Source: Bacteroidota bacterium (GTDB lineage Bacteria > Bacteroidota > Bacteroidia > NS11-12g > UBA9320). Taken from it: 64,000 bases of DNA. The DNA lies in NCBI GenBank assembly GCA_013359235.1, contig JABWCE010000009.1:8796-72795 (forward strand), read 5' to 3'. Below the pieces are notes generated by a model. It searched no databases. It had not been told where the DNA came from and was given only the letters and a program-made list of their open reading frames with translations. Every line of letters starts with the position of its first letter. The first letter of the stretch is position 1. Both the position numbers and the translations under genes were made by a program. Below, in pieces: positions 10,572 through 21,300 of the stretch.

Positions 10572-11147
10572 AAGATTAATAATTTTAAAATTCATGATTT
10601 TTGTATTTGCTTATAGCTATTCACAAACTATTGATATTAAAATTTTAGATGCAATAAATAACAAACCCCAAAAAAATGATAATTTTTGGAAAGCCATTAC
10701 CTATACCGCAACCCCGGTTTCAATTGCTACTCCCGTCTCAATGTTTTTAATTTCTTATAAAACAAACGATAAATTTTTGCAATCCAAAAGTTTTGAAACA
10801 GCAACATCATTAGCAGCCAATGCTTTGATAACGTATAGCTTAAAATATGGGATAAACCGCCAACGCCCGTTTGTAAACAATAAATTTATATTTAAAAAAC
10901 AAAAGCAGGTTCCCCTTCATTTCCATCAGGACATACTTCTACTGCATTTGCAACGGCTATAAGTCTAACAATTGCCTACCCCAAATGGTATGTTGCAGCC
11001 CCCGCATATACTTGGGCTGCTGCATGTGCATACAGCAGAATGTATTTAGGGGTGCACTATCCAAGCGATATACTTGCCGGAATATTTATAGGCACACTTA
11101 GCGGTGTTTTGTCATATAAAATAAATCAAAAGTTTATTGCAAAGTAG
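10564..11147 (+). pseudogene. PAP2-family (acid phosphatase/phosphatidic acid phosphatase-like) membrane phosphatase disrupted by a single frameshift in an A-run near 10894-10910
   Basis: The upstream frame (ORF 10564..10962) reads …NRQRPFVNNKFIFKK. The PAP2 signature PSGHTSTAFA…SRMYLGVHYPSDILAG continues in another frame from 10896 to a stop at 11145-11147. Confidence 0.7.
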
Positions 11148-11186
11148 AATATATTAAAGCAGTTTTTATTTTGGCATACAAAAGCC

Positions 11187-11194
11187 TAATTTTG
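11187..11194 (+). promoter_or_regulatory. Candidate Bacteroidetes -7 promoter box TAATTTTG for typA
   Basis: It matches TAnnTTTG exactly, 22 bp upstream of the typA ATG. The same CTAATTTTGCAC 12-mer occurs upstream of tRNA-Asn. Confidence 0.3.
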
Positions 11195-11215
11195 CACCCT
11201 TTTATAAAAAATTGA

Positions 11216-13030
11216 ATGACACAACTAAGAAACATTGCAATAATTGCTCACGTTGACCATGGAAAAACAACACTTGTTGACAAAATGCTTTTGGCATCAA
11301 AAATTTTTAAAGACCATGAAACACCAGGCGAATTAATGCTTGACAATAACGAACTCGAAAGAGAAAGAGGAATTACTATTCTTGCAAAAAATGTTTCGGT
11401 AAATTACAAAGGAATTAAAATAAATATAATTGACACACCAGGTCACAGCGATTTTGGAGGCGAGGTAGAACGTGTTTTGAATATGGCTGATGGAGTGTTG
11501 TTGCTTGTTGATGCCTTTGAAGGACCTATGCCACAAACCAGATTTGTATTGCAAAAAGCAATTCAACTTGGCAAAAAACCTGTACTTGTAATTAATAAAG
11601 TTGATAAAAAAAATTGTACTCCCGATGCAGTTCACGATGCTGTTTTTGATTTGATGTTTAATCTTGATGCAACCGAAGAACAACTTGATTTTCCAACGGT
11701 TTTTGGTAGTGCAAAACAAGGCTGGATGAGTTATGATTGGGCAAAACCAACAGATAATATTGAAGCGTTATTCGAAACAATTATTAAACATATACCTTCA
11801 CCAAATCCACCACAGGGAAATTTGCAAATGCAGATTACATCACTTGATTATAGCAGCTATACCGGTAGAATTGCTATTGGAAGAGTACACAGAGGTATTT
11901 TAAAATCAGGGCAAACGGTTTCTTTAGTAAAAAAGGATGGAACGATTTTTAAAAATAAAATAAAAGAATTGTTTGTATTTGAAGGATTTGGAAAAACTAA
12001 AACAGATGAGGTAAAAGCAGGAGATATCTGTGCAATATTTGGACTTGAAAATTTTGAAATAGGCGATACAATTGCAGATAGTGAAAATCCCGAGGCAATG
12101 CCAGGCATTTCGATAGACGAACCAACGATAAGTATGGTTTTTACTATAAACGACAGCCCATTTTATGGGAAAGAAGGGAAATTTGTAACAAGCCGTCATT
12201 TAAAAGAAAGATTGGAACGTGAACTTGAAAAAAACCTTGCAATGAGACTTGCCGAAACCGATTCGGCAGATACCTTTATTGTATATGGAAGAGGAATTTT
12301 ACATTTATCGGTATTGATAGAGACAATGAGACGCGAAGGTTACGAACTACAAATTGGTCAACCACAAGTAATATACAAAGTTATAGATGGTAAAAAATGT
12401 GAACCTATAGAAGAACTTACTATTGATTTGCCAGAGAATATGGCTGGTAAAGCTATAGAAATGGCTAATCAACGAAAAGGTGAAATGAAAGAAATGAGTC
12501 CTAAAGGTGATAGAATGATTATTAATTACCACATTCCATCAAGAGGGCTGATTGGTTTGCGAAGCGAGTTGCTAACTGCTACAGCAGGTGAGTCTATAAT
12601 GAATCATCGTTTTGTTGGTTTTGAACCTGTAAAAGGAAATATTCAGGGAAGAATAAGCGGTTCGTTAATAAGCATGGATAATGGCGAAGCAATACCATAT
12701 AGTTTAAATAATCTACAAGACAGAGGCTTCTTTTTTGTTGATCCAGGAGAACCAATTTACGAAGGACAAATTGTTGGTGAACACACACGCCCAGGTGATT
12801 TGGTTGTAAATCTTACAAAGACTAAAAAACTAAGTAATGTTAGAGCATCTGGCTCTGATGAAAAAATGAAAATAGCACCCGCTGTAAAATTTTCACTCGA
12901 AGAAGCATTAGAATACATTCAGGCTGATGAATATGTAGAAGTTACACCAAAATCTATAAGACTGAGAAAAATTAAATTAAAAGAATCAGACAGGCGAAGG
13001 CTTTCAAAAGCAATAGTTTCATCAATTTAA
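11216..13030 (+). CDS. typA: Translational GTPase TypA/BipA
   Basis: The G-domain motifs are present ([18 protein letters not shown]). Full-length EF-G-like architecture, 604 aa. Confidence 0.95.
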   Translation: MTQLRNIAIIAHVDHGKTTLVDKMLLASKIFKDHETPGELMLDNNELERERGITILAKNVSVNYKGIKINIIDTPGHSDFGGEVERVLNMADGVLLLVDAFEGPMPQTRFVLQKAIQLGKKPVLVINKVDKKNCTPDAVHDAVFDLMFNLDATEEQLDFPTVFGSAKQGWMSYDWAKPTDNIEALFETIIKHIPSPNPPQGNLQMQITSLDYSSYTGRIAIGRVHRGILKSGQTVSLVKKDGTIFKNKIKELFVFEGFGKTKTDEVKAGDICAIFGLENFEIGDTIADSENPEAMPGISIDEPTISMVFTINDSPFYGKEGKFVTSRHLKERLERELEKNLAMRLAETDSADTFIVYGRGILHLSVLIETMRREGYELQIGQPQVIYKVIDGKKCEPIEELTIDLPENMAGKAIEMANQRKGEMKEMSPKGDRMIINYHIPSRGLIGLRSELLTATAGESIMNHRFVGFEPVKGNIQGRISGSLISMDNGEAIPYSLNNLQDRGFFFVDPGEPIYEGQIVGEHTRPGDLVVNLTKTKKLSNVRASGSDEKMKIAPAVKFSLEEALEYIQADEYVEVTPKSIRLRKIKLKESDRRRLSKAIVSSI

Positions 13031-13070
13031 TTTATTTTTTAAAAAAATTTGACTAAATAATATAAATTAC

Positions 13071-13078
13071 TAATTTTG
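13071..13078 (+). promoter_or_regulatory. Candidate -7 promoter box TAATTTTG for tRNA-Asn
   Basis: TAnnTTTG match 16 bp upstream of the tRNA 5' end. A TTTGAC -33-like element lies at 13048-13053. Confidence 0.35.
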
Positions 13079-13093
13079 CACGCCTTTAAATAT

Positions 13094-13167
13094 TCCTCCT
13101 TAGCTCAGCTGGTTAGAGCATCTGACTGTTAATCAGAGGGTCGCTGGTTCAAGTCCAGCAGGGGGAG
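13094..13167 (+). tRNA. tRNA-Asn (anticodon GTT), CCA not encoded
   Basis: Cloverleaf by eye: acceptor TCCTCCT/AGGGGGA, D-arm GCTC…GAGC, anticodon arm TCTGA-CTGTTAA-TCAGA, T-arm GCTGG-TTCAAGT-CCAGC, discriminator G. Confidence 0.9.
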
Positions 13168-13175
13168 CTAATCAA

Positions 13176-13211
13176 AAACACTTGCTCAAAAGGCAAGTGT
13201 TTTGTTTTTTT
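13176..13211 (+). terminator. Rho-independent terminator after tRNA-Asn
   Basis: Hairpin ACACTTGC-tcaaaag-GCAAGTGT followed by TTTGTTTTTTT. Confidence 0.7.
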
Positions 13212-13214
13212 AAA

Positions 13215-13523
13215 GTGAAGTATTACATATACATAATATACAATCCTGTTTCAAAAAAGTATTACGTAGGTCAAAGTAATGATCCATGGAAAAGATTAAT
13301 ACAACACAACGAAAGCACAAAGGAAAAATATACAGGATAATATAAAAACTGGGAATTAAGAGCAGTGTATGAGGTAGAAGGAGGAAGGGGAGAAGCAATG
13401 AAAATAGAAAGTTTTATAAAAAGACAAAAGAGCAGACAATTTATTGAAAAACTCATAGATAAGAATTTTAAACCAAGCGGAATTTTGACAAAGCTGGTTA
13501 GAGTCCCGCAGGTGCGGGATTAA
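13215..13523 (+). pseudogene. Small GIY-YIG nuclease-family gene (YhbQ/UPF0213-like, ~100 aa) interrupted by an in-frame TAA at 13338-13340
   Basis: A single frame reads (V)KYYIYIIYNPVSKKYYVGQSNDPWKRLIQHNESTKEKYTG-stop-YKNWELRAVYEVEGGRGEAMKIESFIKRQKSRQFIEKLIDKNF…. The GIY…YVG…R…HN and E…MK…E…K motifs are typical of the family. The 3' end runs into the duplicated tRNA segment. Confidence 0.65.
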
Positions 13524-13628
13524 TCAGAGGGTCGTCCCGACTTATTCGGGATCCAGCAGGGGGAGCTAATCAAAAACACTTGCTCAAAAGGCAAGTGTTT
13601 TGTTTTTTAAAGTGAAGTATTACATATA
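13492..13628 (+). repeat. Degenerate direct repeat of 13107..13231 (tRNA-Asn from the D-loop to the 3' end, plus terminator, plus 20 bp). The anticodon arm and T-arm are each replaced by GC-rich palindromic hairpins
   Basis: The copies are collinear apart from three differences. catctgactg is replaced by TCCCGCAGGTGCGGGA. ctggttcaagt is replaced by TCCCGACTTATTCGGGAT. One T is missing from the terminator T-run. The terminator hairpin and the trailing AAAGTGAAGTATTACATATA are preserved. Confidence 0.8.
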
Positions 13629-13668
13629 TTAGATATAATTTTATTTTTTGTAAATATAGAAAATAAGT

Positions 13669-13676
13669 TACATTTG
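13669..13676 (+). promoter_or_regulatory. Candidate -7 promoter box TACATTTG for the TolB-like gene
   Basis: Exact TAnnTTTG match 35 bp upstream of the ATG at 13711. Confidence 0.3.
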
Positions 13677-13710
13677 TTTAATATTTTATAAATCAAAACT
13701 CTTTATTTAT

Positions 13711-15016
13711 ATGAAAACTTTAAAAATTAAAATTTACTTAAATTATTTTGTTATTTGTTTACTTTTCTTACTTTTTATTAGATGTAATCAAACAAAGCAC
13801 GTTGTAATTTCAACATCACCAGCAGGTGCAGATGTATTAATTAATGATTTAAAATATGGAATAACACCTTATGTAGGAACATTAGTATTTAAAAAATCAT
13901 TTCCTACACATAGAATTAAATTGAAATTAGAAGGTTATTATGATACCAATTTTGTAATTCAATTTTACCCTCGTGAGCAAACAAATTTTAACGTTAGCCT
14001 TAATAGAAAAATGGAAAAAGTAATTACACTTGTTGATTTTCAGCCAGTAGTTAGTGATGGTCAAGCAAAATTACAAAAGGTAACAAAAAGTACTATTGCA
14101 TATTTAGAAACTATTGAAAGTTCTTCTTCTGTTAAAACAGTTCAAAGAGTAACAATAAATGAAGATCCTAACTTTTATATAAGTGGGCCTGTACTTGCTC
14201 CAAATGGTAAAATGTTATTATAAACTCTATATGAAGTATTTTATGATGGATTTAACAAATATGAAAAAAGTAATATATATATTCAAAATACTAATTCTAA
14301 AGCTAAAACCTCAATTACCAAAGGGAATCAGATAGATTTATTTCCTTGTTTTAATACTGATGGAGAATACATTTATTTTAGTTCAAATAGAACAGGTATT
14401 CCTACAATATGGAAACTAAGAACAGAAGGTGGGGGCGGAATTACGAGTATTACAAAGTACTACAGCCGAAGATATACAACCATCTCTTTCGCCTAATGGA
14501 GACTGGTTAGCATATACTTCAAACTTAAAGTCTTCGAATCAGCCTCAGATTTGGACTGTAAATACAAGCGGTACTCTACCAACACAATTAAGAGAAGGAG
14601 AAAGTCCATGCGTTTCAATTGATGGTGAAAAGATTGTTTTTTCACGTACTGATAATAATCATTCATATAATAGAAATGATACAATAATAAAGCCTAAACA
14701 AATTTGGATAATGAACAAAGATGGAAGTGGCGAAACACAAATCAGTCAAAATACAGATTATGATATTTCTAATCCACGTTGGTCACCTGATGGCAAATGG
14801 ATAATATACTCATGTGACAAAGCCAAAGATAATAAAGGTCGCAATAATTATGATATTTGGTGCATAAAAAGTGATGGTACCAGTGAAACTCAATTGACAA
14901 CAAATGGTTCAGTGGATGATTGCCCATACTGGGGTATAGATGGATTTGTTTATTTTCGTTCTAATAGAGGAGGTTTCTGGAATATTTGGAGAGTTGTTCC
15001 AATTTTACCAAATTAA
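13711..15016 (+). pseudogene. TolB-like periplasmic protein (signal peptide, PEGA-like domain, PD40/WD40-like beta-propeller repeats) broken by an in-frame TAA (14221-14223) and a frameshift near the G-run at 14440-14455
   Basis: ORF 13711..14223 continues in the same frame after the TAA as YEVFYDGF…IDLFPCFNTDGEYIYFSSNRTGIPTIWKL (PD40 repeat) up to 14496. PD40 repeats then continue in another frame (ORF 14429..15016: SLSPNGDWLAYTS, RWSPDGKWIIYSC). Confidence 0.6.
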
Positions 15017-15049
15017 ATTAATGAAATTTATTTTCAAAAGGATCCAAAT

Positions 15050-15078
15050 AAAAAAAGCCGTCAAAAACGGCTTTTTTT
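15050..15078. terminator. Bidirectional rho-independent terminator between convergent genes
   Basis: AAAAAAAGCCGTCAAAAACGGCTTTTTTT, with stem GCCGT/ACGGC, an A-run on one side and a T-run on the other. Confidence 0.7.
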
Positions 15079-15102
15079 ATAATATGAAAAAATATATATT
15101 TT

Positions 15103-15648
15103 TTATAATGGGTTTGCAACAACTTCAAATTCAACTTTTAATTTAATTTTTGTAGCCACAGTAACAGGTCCGTTTGTAATTAATTTGCCTGAAAAAGTTA
15201 AAATAGGCTTTTTAGCAAAAGGTAAAACATCAGCACTTGTTGCAGGTATTTCAAATTCCTGAACTGGACCTGGAGCACTTGAAATTTCTGCAATTCTAAG
15301 CAAATCAAAATCTGGGTCTCCAACAATTCCTGTTTGTACATCAATAAAACCACCTTGAATTATTTCAAAATTTAATGTTGGAGGATCAACTATTGTTGCG
15401 GTAACTTTTTTAATATAAACATGTTTTACTTTATTAAGTGTGGTGCCGTTTGCCTGTGCAATACTATCTAAATTTAATGCTTGCGAAGTTGGTTCAAGAA
15501 TTATATCACCAGCTTGTGTTGTGGGTTGTATGGTGTATGAAACTTCCTTTGAGTTTAACCCGAATTTTATATCAAATAAATCTTCGTTACAAGAAGTGAA
15601 AGTTGTTACAACTCCCAAGATAATTAGAATTAAATTAATTTTTTTCAT
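15103..15648 (-). CDS. Hypothetical lipoprotein
   Basis: Signal peptide with a lipobox-like TFTSC. 181 aa. No recognisable catalytic motif. Confidence 0.55.
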   Translation of the reverse strand: MKKINLILIILGVVTTFTSCNEDLFDIKFGLNSKEVSYTIQPTTQAGDIILEPTSQALNLDSIAQANGTTLNKVKHVYIKKVTATIVDPPTLNFEIIQGGFIDVQTGIVGDPDFDLLRIAEISSAPGPVQEFEIPATSADVLPFAKKPILTFSGKLITNGPVTVATKIKLKVEFEVVANPL

Positions 15649-15779
15649 GATAATTTTTTATAATATTTCTTACAAATCTAAATTAATAATATTAAAATCC
15701 AAAAATATTTCGTTTTTAAATTTACTTGTTAGGTTCTTAAATTATTAATTTTAAATTTTAAAGTTCAATTTTATAATAT

Positions 15780-16886
15780 TTGTCAGTTATGAAAACATAT
15801 AAATCTGTATATACAATTGTTTTTTGTTTGATTACCATTTTTTCATTTTCTCAAAGTAAAAACAGCCAATTTTTTGAAATGCAAGGAAATGAATGTAAAA
15901 TTTTTATTACAAAGGGTAATTCTAGAATTATAGTACCTTCAAATTGTTTTACATTAGATGGGAAACCATATAACGGAAAAATAAAAATTACATTCAGAGA
16001 GTATAAAGATCAAATTGATTTTATTTTAGGTGGACTTGATATGAGATATATAGTAAATGGCAAACTTAATTATTTGCAGAGTGGAGGAATGTTTGAAATA
16101 TTTGTAAATGCAGAAAACAATACAAAAAGCGAACTTTCATTTGCACAAAACAAGACAATAACAGTAAAATTTGCAATTGATAAAAAATTTGATGTTGCCG
16201 GGCTTGAGCCATTTTATTACGATAAAAAATTAAAAAAATGGACAAAGATTACAAGATTTGGTAATGACAGCAAAAGCAACAAACCTATTTCTGATAACCA
16301 AGAAGATTTGTGGCAAGACGACCCTCGAATTATAACGCAAGATGGAGGTGATTTTTACAATGGTGATAATGATTGTTATACAATTTTGGTTGCCGATAAA
16401 AATGATCCATCAAAATTTGTTGATTCTTTGATTTGTCCGGGAAATTATTCCATACTTGATAGCAGATATAATCAATATTTAGATGATCAAGCCTTTAAAA
16501 CTATGCAAATAGATATGATGGGTCTTTATAATTATGATAAAATTTTTAATGAAGAAAACAGCATACCGCTTTTTGTAAATTTAAAGACTAAAGATGGCAA
16601 GAAGCTCGAAATTACTGACCGTTTATTTGTTGTTTATAAAAATTCAAACTCTACAATATACTATTATCAGCACGATATTGATTCAAATTTTAAATTAATA
16701 CCGAGAAATGATATTAAAGTATTTGTTTATAATGCTGATGGTACAATATACAAAGTGCCAGACGACTTTTGGAATAATATTGAAATTAAAACTTTGAGAG
16801 GCAAAAAGATTGATTTAGTTTTTGAAAAATTGAAAATGTCAACAATTTCTAAAGAACAATTTGCATTGGTTACCGGAATTAAATAA
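15780..16886 (+). CDS. Hypothetical secreted protein
   Basis: N-terminal signal peptide. 368 aa. First gene of an apparent operon, since the next ORF starts 3 bp later. Confidence 0.55.
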   Translation: MSVMKTYKSVYTIVFCLITIFSFSQSKNSQFFEMQGNECKIFITKGNSRIIVPSNCFTLDGKPYNGKIKITFREYKDQIDFILGGLDMRYIVNGKLNYLQSGGMFEIFVNAENNTKSELSFAQNKTITVKFAIDKKFDVAGLEPFYYDKKLKKWTKITRFGNDSKSNKPISDNQEDLWQDDPRIITQDGGDFYNGDNDCYTILVADKNDPSKFVDSLICPGNYSILDSRYNQYLDDQAFKTMQIDMMGLYNYDKIFNEENSIPLFVNLKTKDGKKLEITDRLFVVYKNSNSTIYYYQHDIDSNFKLIPRNDIKVFVYNADGTIYKVPDDFWNNIEIKTLRGKKIDLVFEKLKMSTISKEQFALVTGIK

Positions 16887-16888
16887 AA

Positions 16889-17530
16889 ATGAAATCGAGA
16901 TTTATTATTTTATTAATTTTATTTTCGTCAATAAAAGTATATGCTCAAAACGAAGCAAACCTTGATGAATATAAGCATTTCCGCATACATCTTGATAACA
17001 GAACAAACAAACATCTGAAGGATATTCCACGTCAGATACTTGAAAGATATTGCAAAGGAAATATTAAGGCTTATTTTCCTAAAGCTATTTATAATGAAGT
17101 GAATTTTAATGATTTTTTATATCATTTCAGATGGAATGAACCTTTGTTTAATGAATCTATACTGTGTGGCGATGATTATTGCTCAAACCCTTCATTTGAG
17201 CAGCTTTTCAATAGTTTTAATGTTTATTTGGATTATTATAGTAAAGTAATTTTCGACTCAAAAACATCAGTAAAAGTTAATAAAACTGAATTTGTGCAAT
17301 TGGTGTATTCGGTTGAATATGCAGGAATGATTTATAATTTCTTAGGTCCTTTATTCAGACTTGATGAAATATCTAAATTGATTTTTGTTAAAATAGAACA
17401 AAATGATTCTCAAACTCAAAATCTTAAAACAGTTTTTGATATTGGAAGATTTTATTCGGTACAGATTGCCAATCCTGAAATTAAACCCAATGAAAACAAT
17501 AAGAAAAATTTTGATTACAACGAAAATTGA
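16889..17530 (+). CDS. Hypothetical secreted protein
   Basis: Signal peptide MKSRFIILLILFSSIKVYAQ. 213 aa. Confidence 0.5.
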   Translation: MKSRFIILLILFSSIKVYAQNEANLDEYKHFRIHLDNRTNKHLKDIPRQILERYCKGNIKAYFPKAIYNEVNFNDFLYHFRWNEPLFNESILCGDDYCSNPSFEQLFNSFNVYLDYYSKVIFDSKTSVKVNKTEFVQLVYSVEYAGMIYNFLGPLFRLDEISKLIFVKIEQNDSQTQNLKTVFDIGRFYSVQIANPEIKPNENNKKNFDYNEN

Positions 17531-17684
17531 CACAAATTTTACAGAGAAAATTTCATTTTTTTAATCTTTGATGATTTTTTTTTAAAAGTTCAAGTTTTTA
17601 GCTGTAAAAAATGGATAGAACAAGAAGATTGTGTTTCTTTGCAATCTAATTGGAATTTAACTTTGATTTTGTTTAAAATTTAAA

Positions 17685-18242
17685 ATGAAAAAAAATAATA
17701 CAACAATAGTATTTATTGCATTTGCAGTATATTTTTTATTGGTTGGCTACGCTTGCAATGATACATCAAAACCGACATTGCCAACAGATGATAATAAAGT
17801 AATTACAACACTAAAATTAGAACTTAAAGACACATTAAGCGGTTCATTGTTTTCATTTTTCTATCGCGATCCCGACGGAGTTGGTGGAAGTTTACCAATT
17901 CAATTAGATACTATAAAATTAGATACTCAAAGAGTTTATAAATCAACATTGAAAATCTTAAATGAAACTAATCCCAACTCTGTTACTGATGTATCAAGCG
18001 AAATAAAAACAGAAGCATCAAATTATATTATCTGTTATACTATTTCAAATACAAACCTTGTTATTAGCCGTACAGATACAGATGGCACATATCCACTGGG
18101 GCTTGAAAGTATTTGGAACACAAAAAAAAGTTCTTCAGGAATTTTAAATGTAAAATTAAAACATCAACTAAATCTTAAAAATGGAAGTTGCGAACCAGGC
18201 GAAACAGAAATAAGCGTTGATTTCCCTTTTATTATAAAATAA
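17685..18242 (+). CDS. Hypothetical lipoprotein
   Basis: Signal peptide with lipobox VGYAC. 185 aa. Confidence 0.5.
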   Translation: MKKNNTTIVFIAFAVYFLLVGYACNDTSKPTLPTDDNKVITTLKLELKDTLSGSLFSFFYRDPDGVGGSLPIQLDTIKLDTQRVYKSTLKILNETNPNSVTDVSSEIKTEASNYIICYTISNTNLVISRTDTDGTYPLGLESIWNTKKSSSGILNVKLKHQLNLKNGSCEPGETEISVDFPFIIK

Positions 18243-18377
18243 TTAATATTTTATGATAATAATCATATCAAGATAAGCTGCTATTTTCTTTATTTTGCTA
18301 AAAAAAGAACTAAATTTTTTTTTTAAAAAAAATAATTATAAGTTCGTGTTTTAAATTTTAATTGAAATTCTCTTTAT

Positions 18378-21300
18378 ATGAAAAATAGATTTTACTCTAA
18401 GCTATCTCAGCTATTTGCAACTTTATCGGTATTATTTTTATTTAGCGTTTCAAAAGTTAACGCACAAACTTCTGATACTAAAGTTTTTGATTATGATATT
18501 TCAGGAGGCTGCAATGTGTGTGCAGATTCTTTTAAATACAACTATTACACCTATGATAGTTTTCTTGATGCAACATCAAGTAAAAAATATATTGAAAGTA
18601 TTGAAGTAAAATTAAAGTTTTTTTCATGTTATTCAGGTCCATTATACCTTTATATGAATGGAAATTTAATTGCAACCAATGCTATTGGTTCAATGTGTTC
18701 TTGTAATTCGTGTGACTCATCAACTTTTATAATTAACTCAAACAATGTTATTAAATACTATAATTATAAACAAAAAAATTATTTTATGATTAAAACTAAT
18801 AACGATAATAATATTTATATTGATAGAACAATAATAAAAAGGAATTTTTCAGATAGATTCAATTATGATGCAGGTATATTTAGTATTGATTCACCAATAG
18901 TAAATACTTGTCCCGGATCAAAAAATATAAAGGTTAAAGTTTTTAATAATGGTAAGCAACCAATTAGTTCGCTTACAATAGACTGGAAATGGAATGGAGT
19001 ATCACAATCATCAGCATCAATTTCTGGTACATTAGACACAATTGGAGGTAGTGGAAGCAATAATCAGGTAGTTACAATTGGTTCTAAAACGTTTACAAAA
19101 GGAAAAATAGATACCTTAAAGGTTTGGACAAAAAATCCCGGTGGAGTATCAGATTCACTAAACTCAAATGACACAATGAATTATTTGTTTTATGGCAGCT
19201 ATAGTGATACCATTACTGTTGGAGGAACATCGCCTATGTTTACAACAGTTCAAGCAGCAGTAAACGCTTTAATGACTTATGGAGTTTGTGGTCCTACATA
19301 TATTAAAATAAGACCTGGAACTTATACCGAACAAGTAACCATAAACACAATTCCGGGTGTAAGTGCAAGTAATACTGTTACATTCTTATCTTCAACTCTC
19401 GATAGTTCAAGTGTAATAATTAGTTATAATTCTACTAGTAGTTCAAATAATTTTACGGTAAAAATTAATGAAACAAAATTTATAAATTTCTATAAAATAT
19501 CTATTAGGTCATTAAGTACCAGCTATTCTCGGGTAGTGTCTTTTACTGGAAATGTTGAAAACATAGTTTTTCAGAATTGTTACATTAATGCTGCAATTGT
19601 AACTTCTACAGGTTCATCAAGAACTGCAATTTATAGAAGTTATAATTCAAGTTCAGAAAAATTTAACAATATTTCAATTTTAAATTCTTTGATTAACGGG
19701 GGGTCTTATGGAATTTATTTTTCAAATTCATATGTAAATTATATGAATGGATTTTATGTAAGAAATTGTATTTTTCAGAATCAATACTATGTTAATATTC
19801 GATGTGATTATGCCGAGAATGTTGATATAAAAGGAAATACTTTAAATAAATCTAATTCATCATACACCTGGGGAGGTAATGCAATTTATTTTAATAACAT
19901 AAGCGATAGTATGTGGATTAGAGATAATATAATATCACATGATAACGCAGGTGAATGTATTTACATTAGCGGAGCTTCAGGTTCAAGTACTAATAGATTA
20001 GTAATTGCTAACAATTTTATTTCCGGTAATAATAATAATACAAGCGGTAATCTTATAAATCTTGATTATTGCTCATACATTGATTTAGTTTACAATAATA
20101 CTTTTTGCAGCTATGCAGATAATGCATATTGCTTAAATATAAGCGAAGGAAATAACATTAGATTATTTAACAACAACTTTTACAATGACAATTTAGGTGA
20201 AGTATTCAATATTATTTCCGAAACATCAAGTTGCGTAACTCAATCAGATAATAATAACTTTTATCACGAAGATTATGGACTGGGAAATTGGTATGGAAAT
20301 TATATTGATAATATAGATGATTTAAAAGTTTTAGGTATGGATTCAAACTCTGTAAGTGTAGATCCTAATTACACCTCTCAAGTCAACTTGCACACATATA
20401 ATGTTGACCTAAAAAGTAATGCAAAACCATATAGCGGCATTACAAAAGACATTGATGGAGAATCGCGAAATTCATCAACACCTGATATAGGTGCTGACGA
20501 ATTTAAACTTAAAACCTTAGATGCCGGTATTGTAGATAGAATAAGAGTTACACCAGGTACCAAATGTTTGAAAGTAGTGCTTAAAAATTTTGGTTCAAAC
20601 ACACTTACATCGGCAAAAATTGACTGGAAACTAAATGGAGTATCAAAAACTCAGGTAAACTGGAGTGGTTCACTTGCAAAAGGTGATACTGATATAGTTT
20701 GTTTAGGTAATGTTAATTTTTTGAAAGATTCGTTATATCTTTTAAAAGCTTGGACATCAGCTCCCAATAGCGGAACAGATTCATTAAGTGACAATGATAC
20801 ATTATTAACCGATTTTTATACTTCGCTTAGTGGTGAATACACTATTGGAGGCACAAGTCCTGATTTTACTACATTCACTGCTGCTGTAGATGCTCTCAAT
20901 GATTATGGAATTATAGATTCTGTTTTATTTAAAGTTAGAAATGGAACATATACAGAACAATTAGATTTTGGATATATTGATGGTGCAACACGCGCTAATT
21001 CGGTAATTTTCCAGTCAGAAAGCAAAGACAGTACTAAAGTTACTTTAGAATATGGCTCTTCAAGTTACTATAATAATTATGTTGTGAAATTGGATGAAAC
21101 CCGCGGGTTAACTTTCAGAAAGATGAGAATTAAAAACTTTTCTAGTACATACATGAGGGTTTTTGATGTTGTAGATAGATCAAAGTGGTTTACTCTTGAA
21201 AACAATATTATTACCAACTTAGATTCTACAAATACTTCAGATGAGACTGCTTTGGTATATATAAATTATAATAGTGGTTCAGATTATTTATTTAAACAAA

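Noticed and set aside
13094-13632. Possibility that the GIY-YIG gene sits in a group I intron within a tRNA
   Set aside because: The first tRNA-Asn copy is complete and uninterrupted and is followed by its own terminator. The second copy lacks the 5' half entirely. A direct-repeat insertion fits better than an intron.
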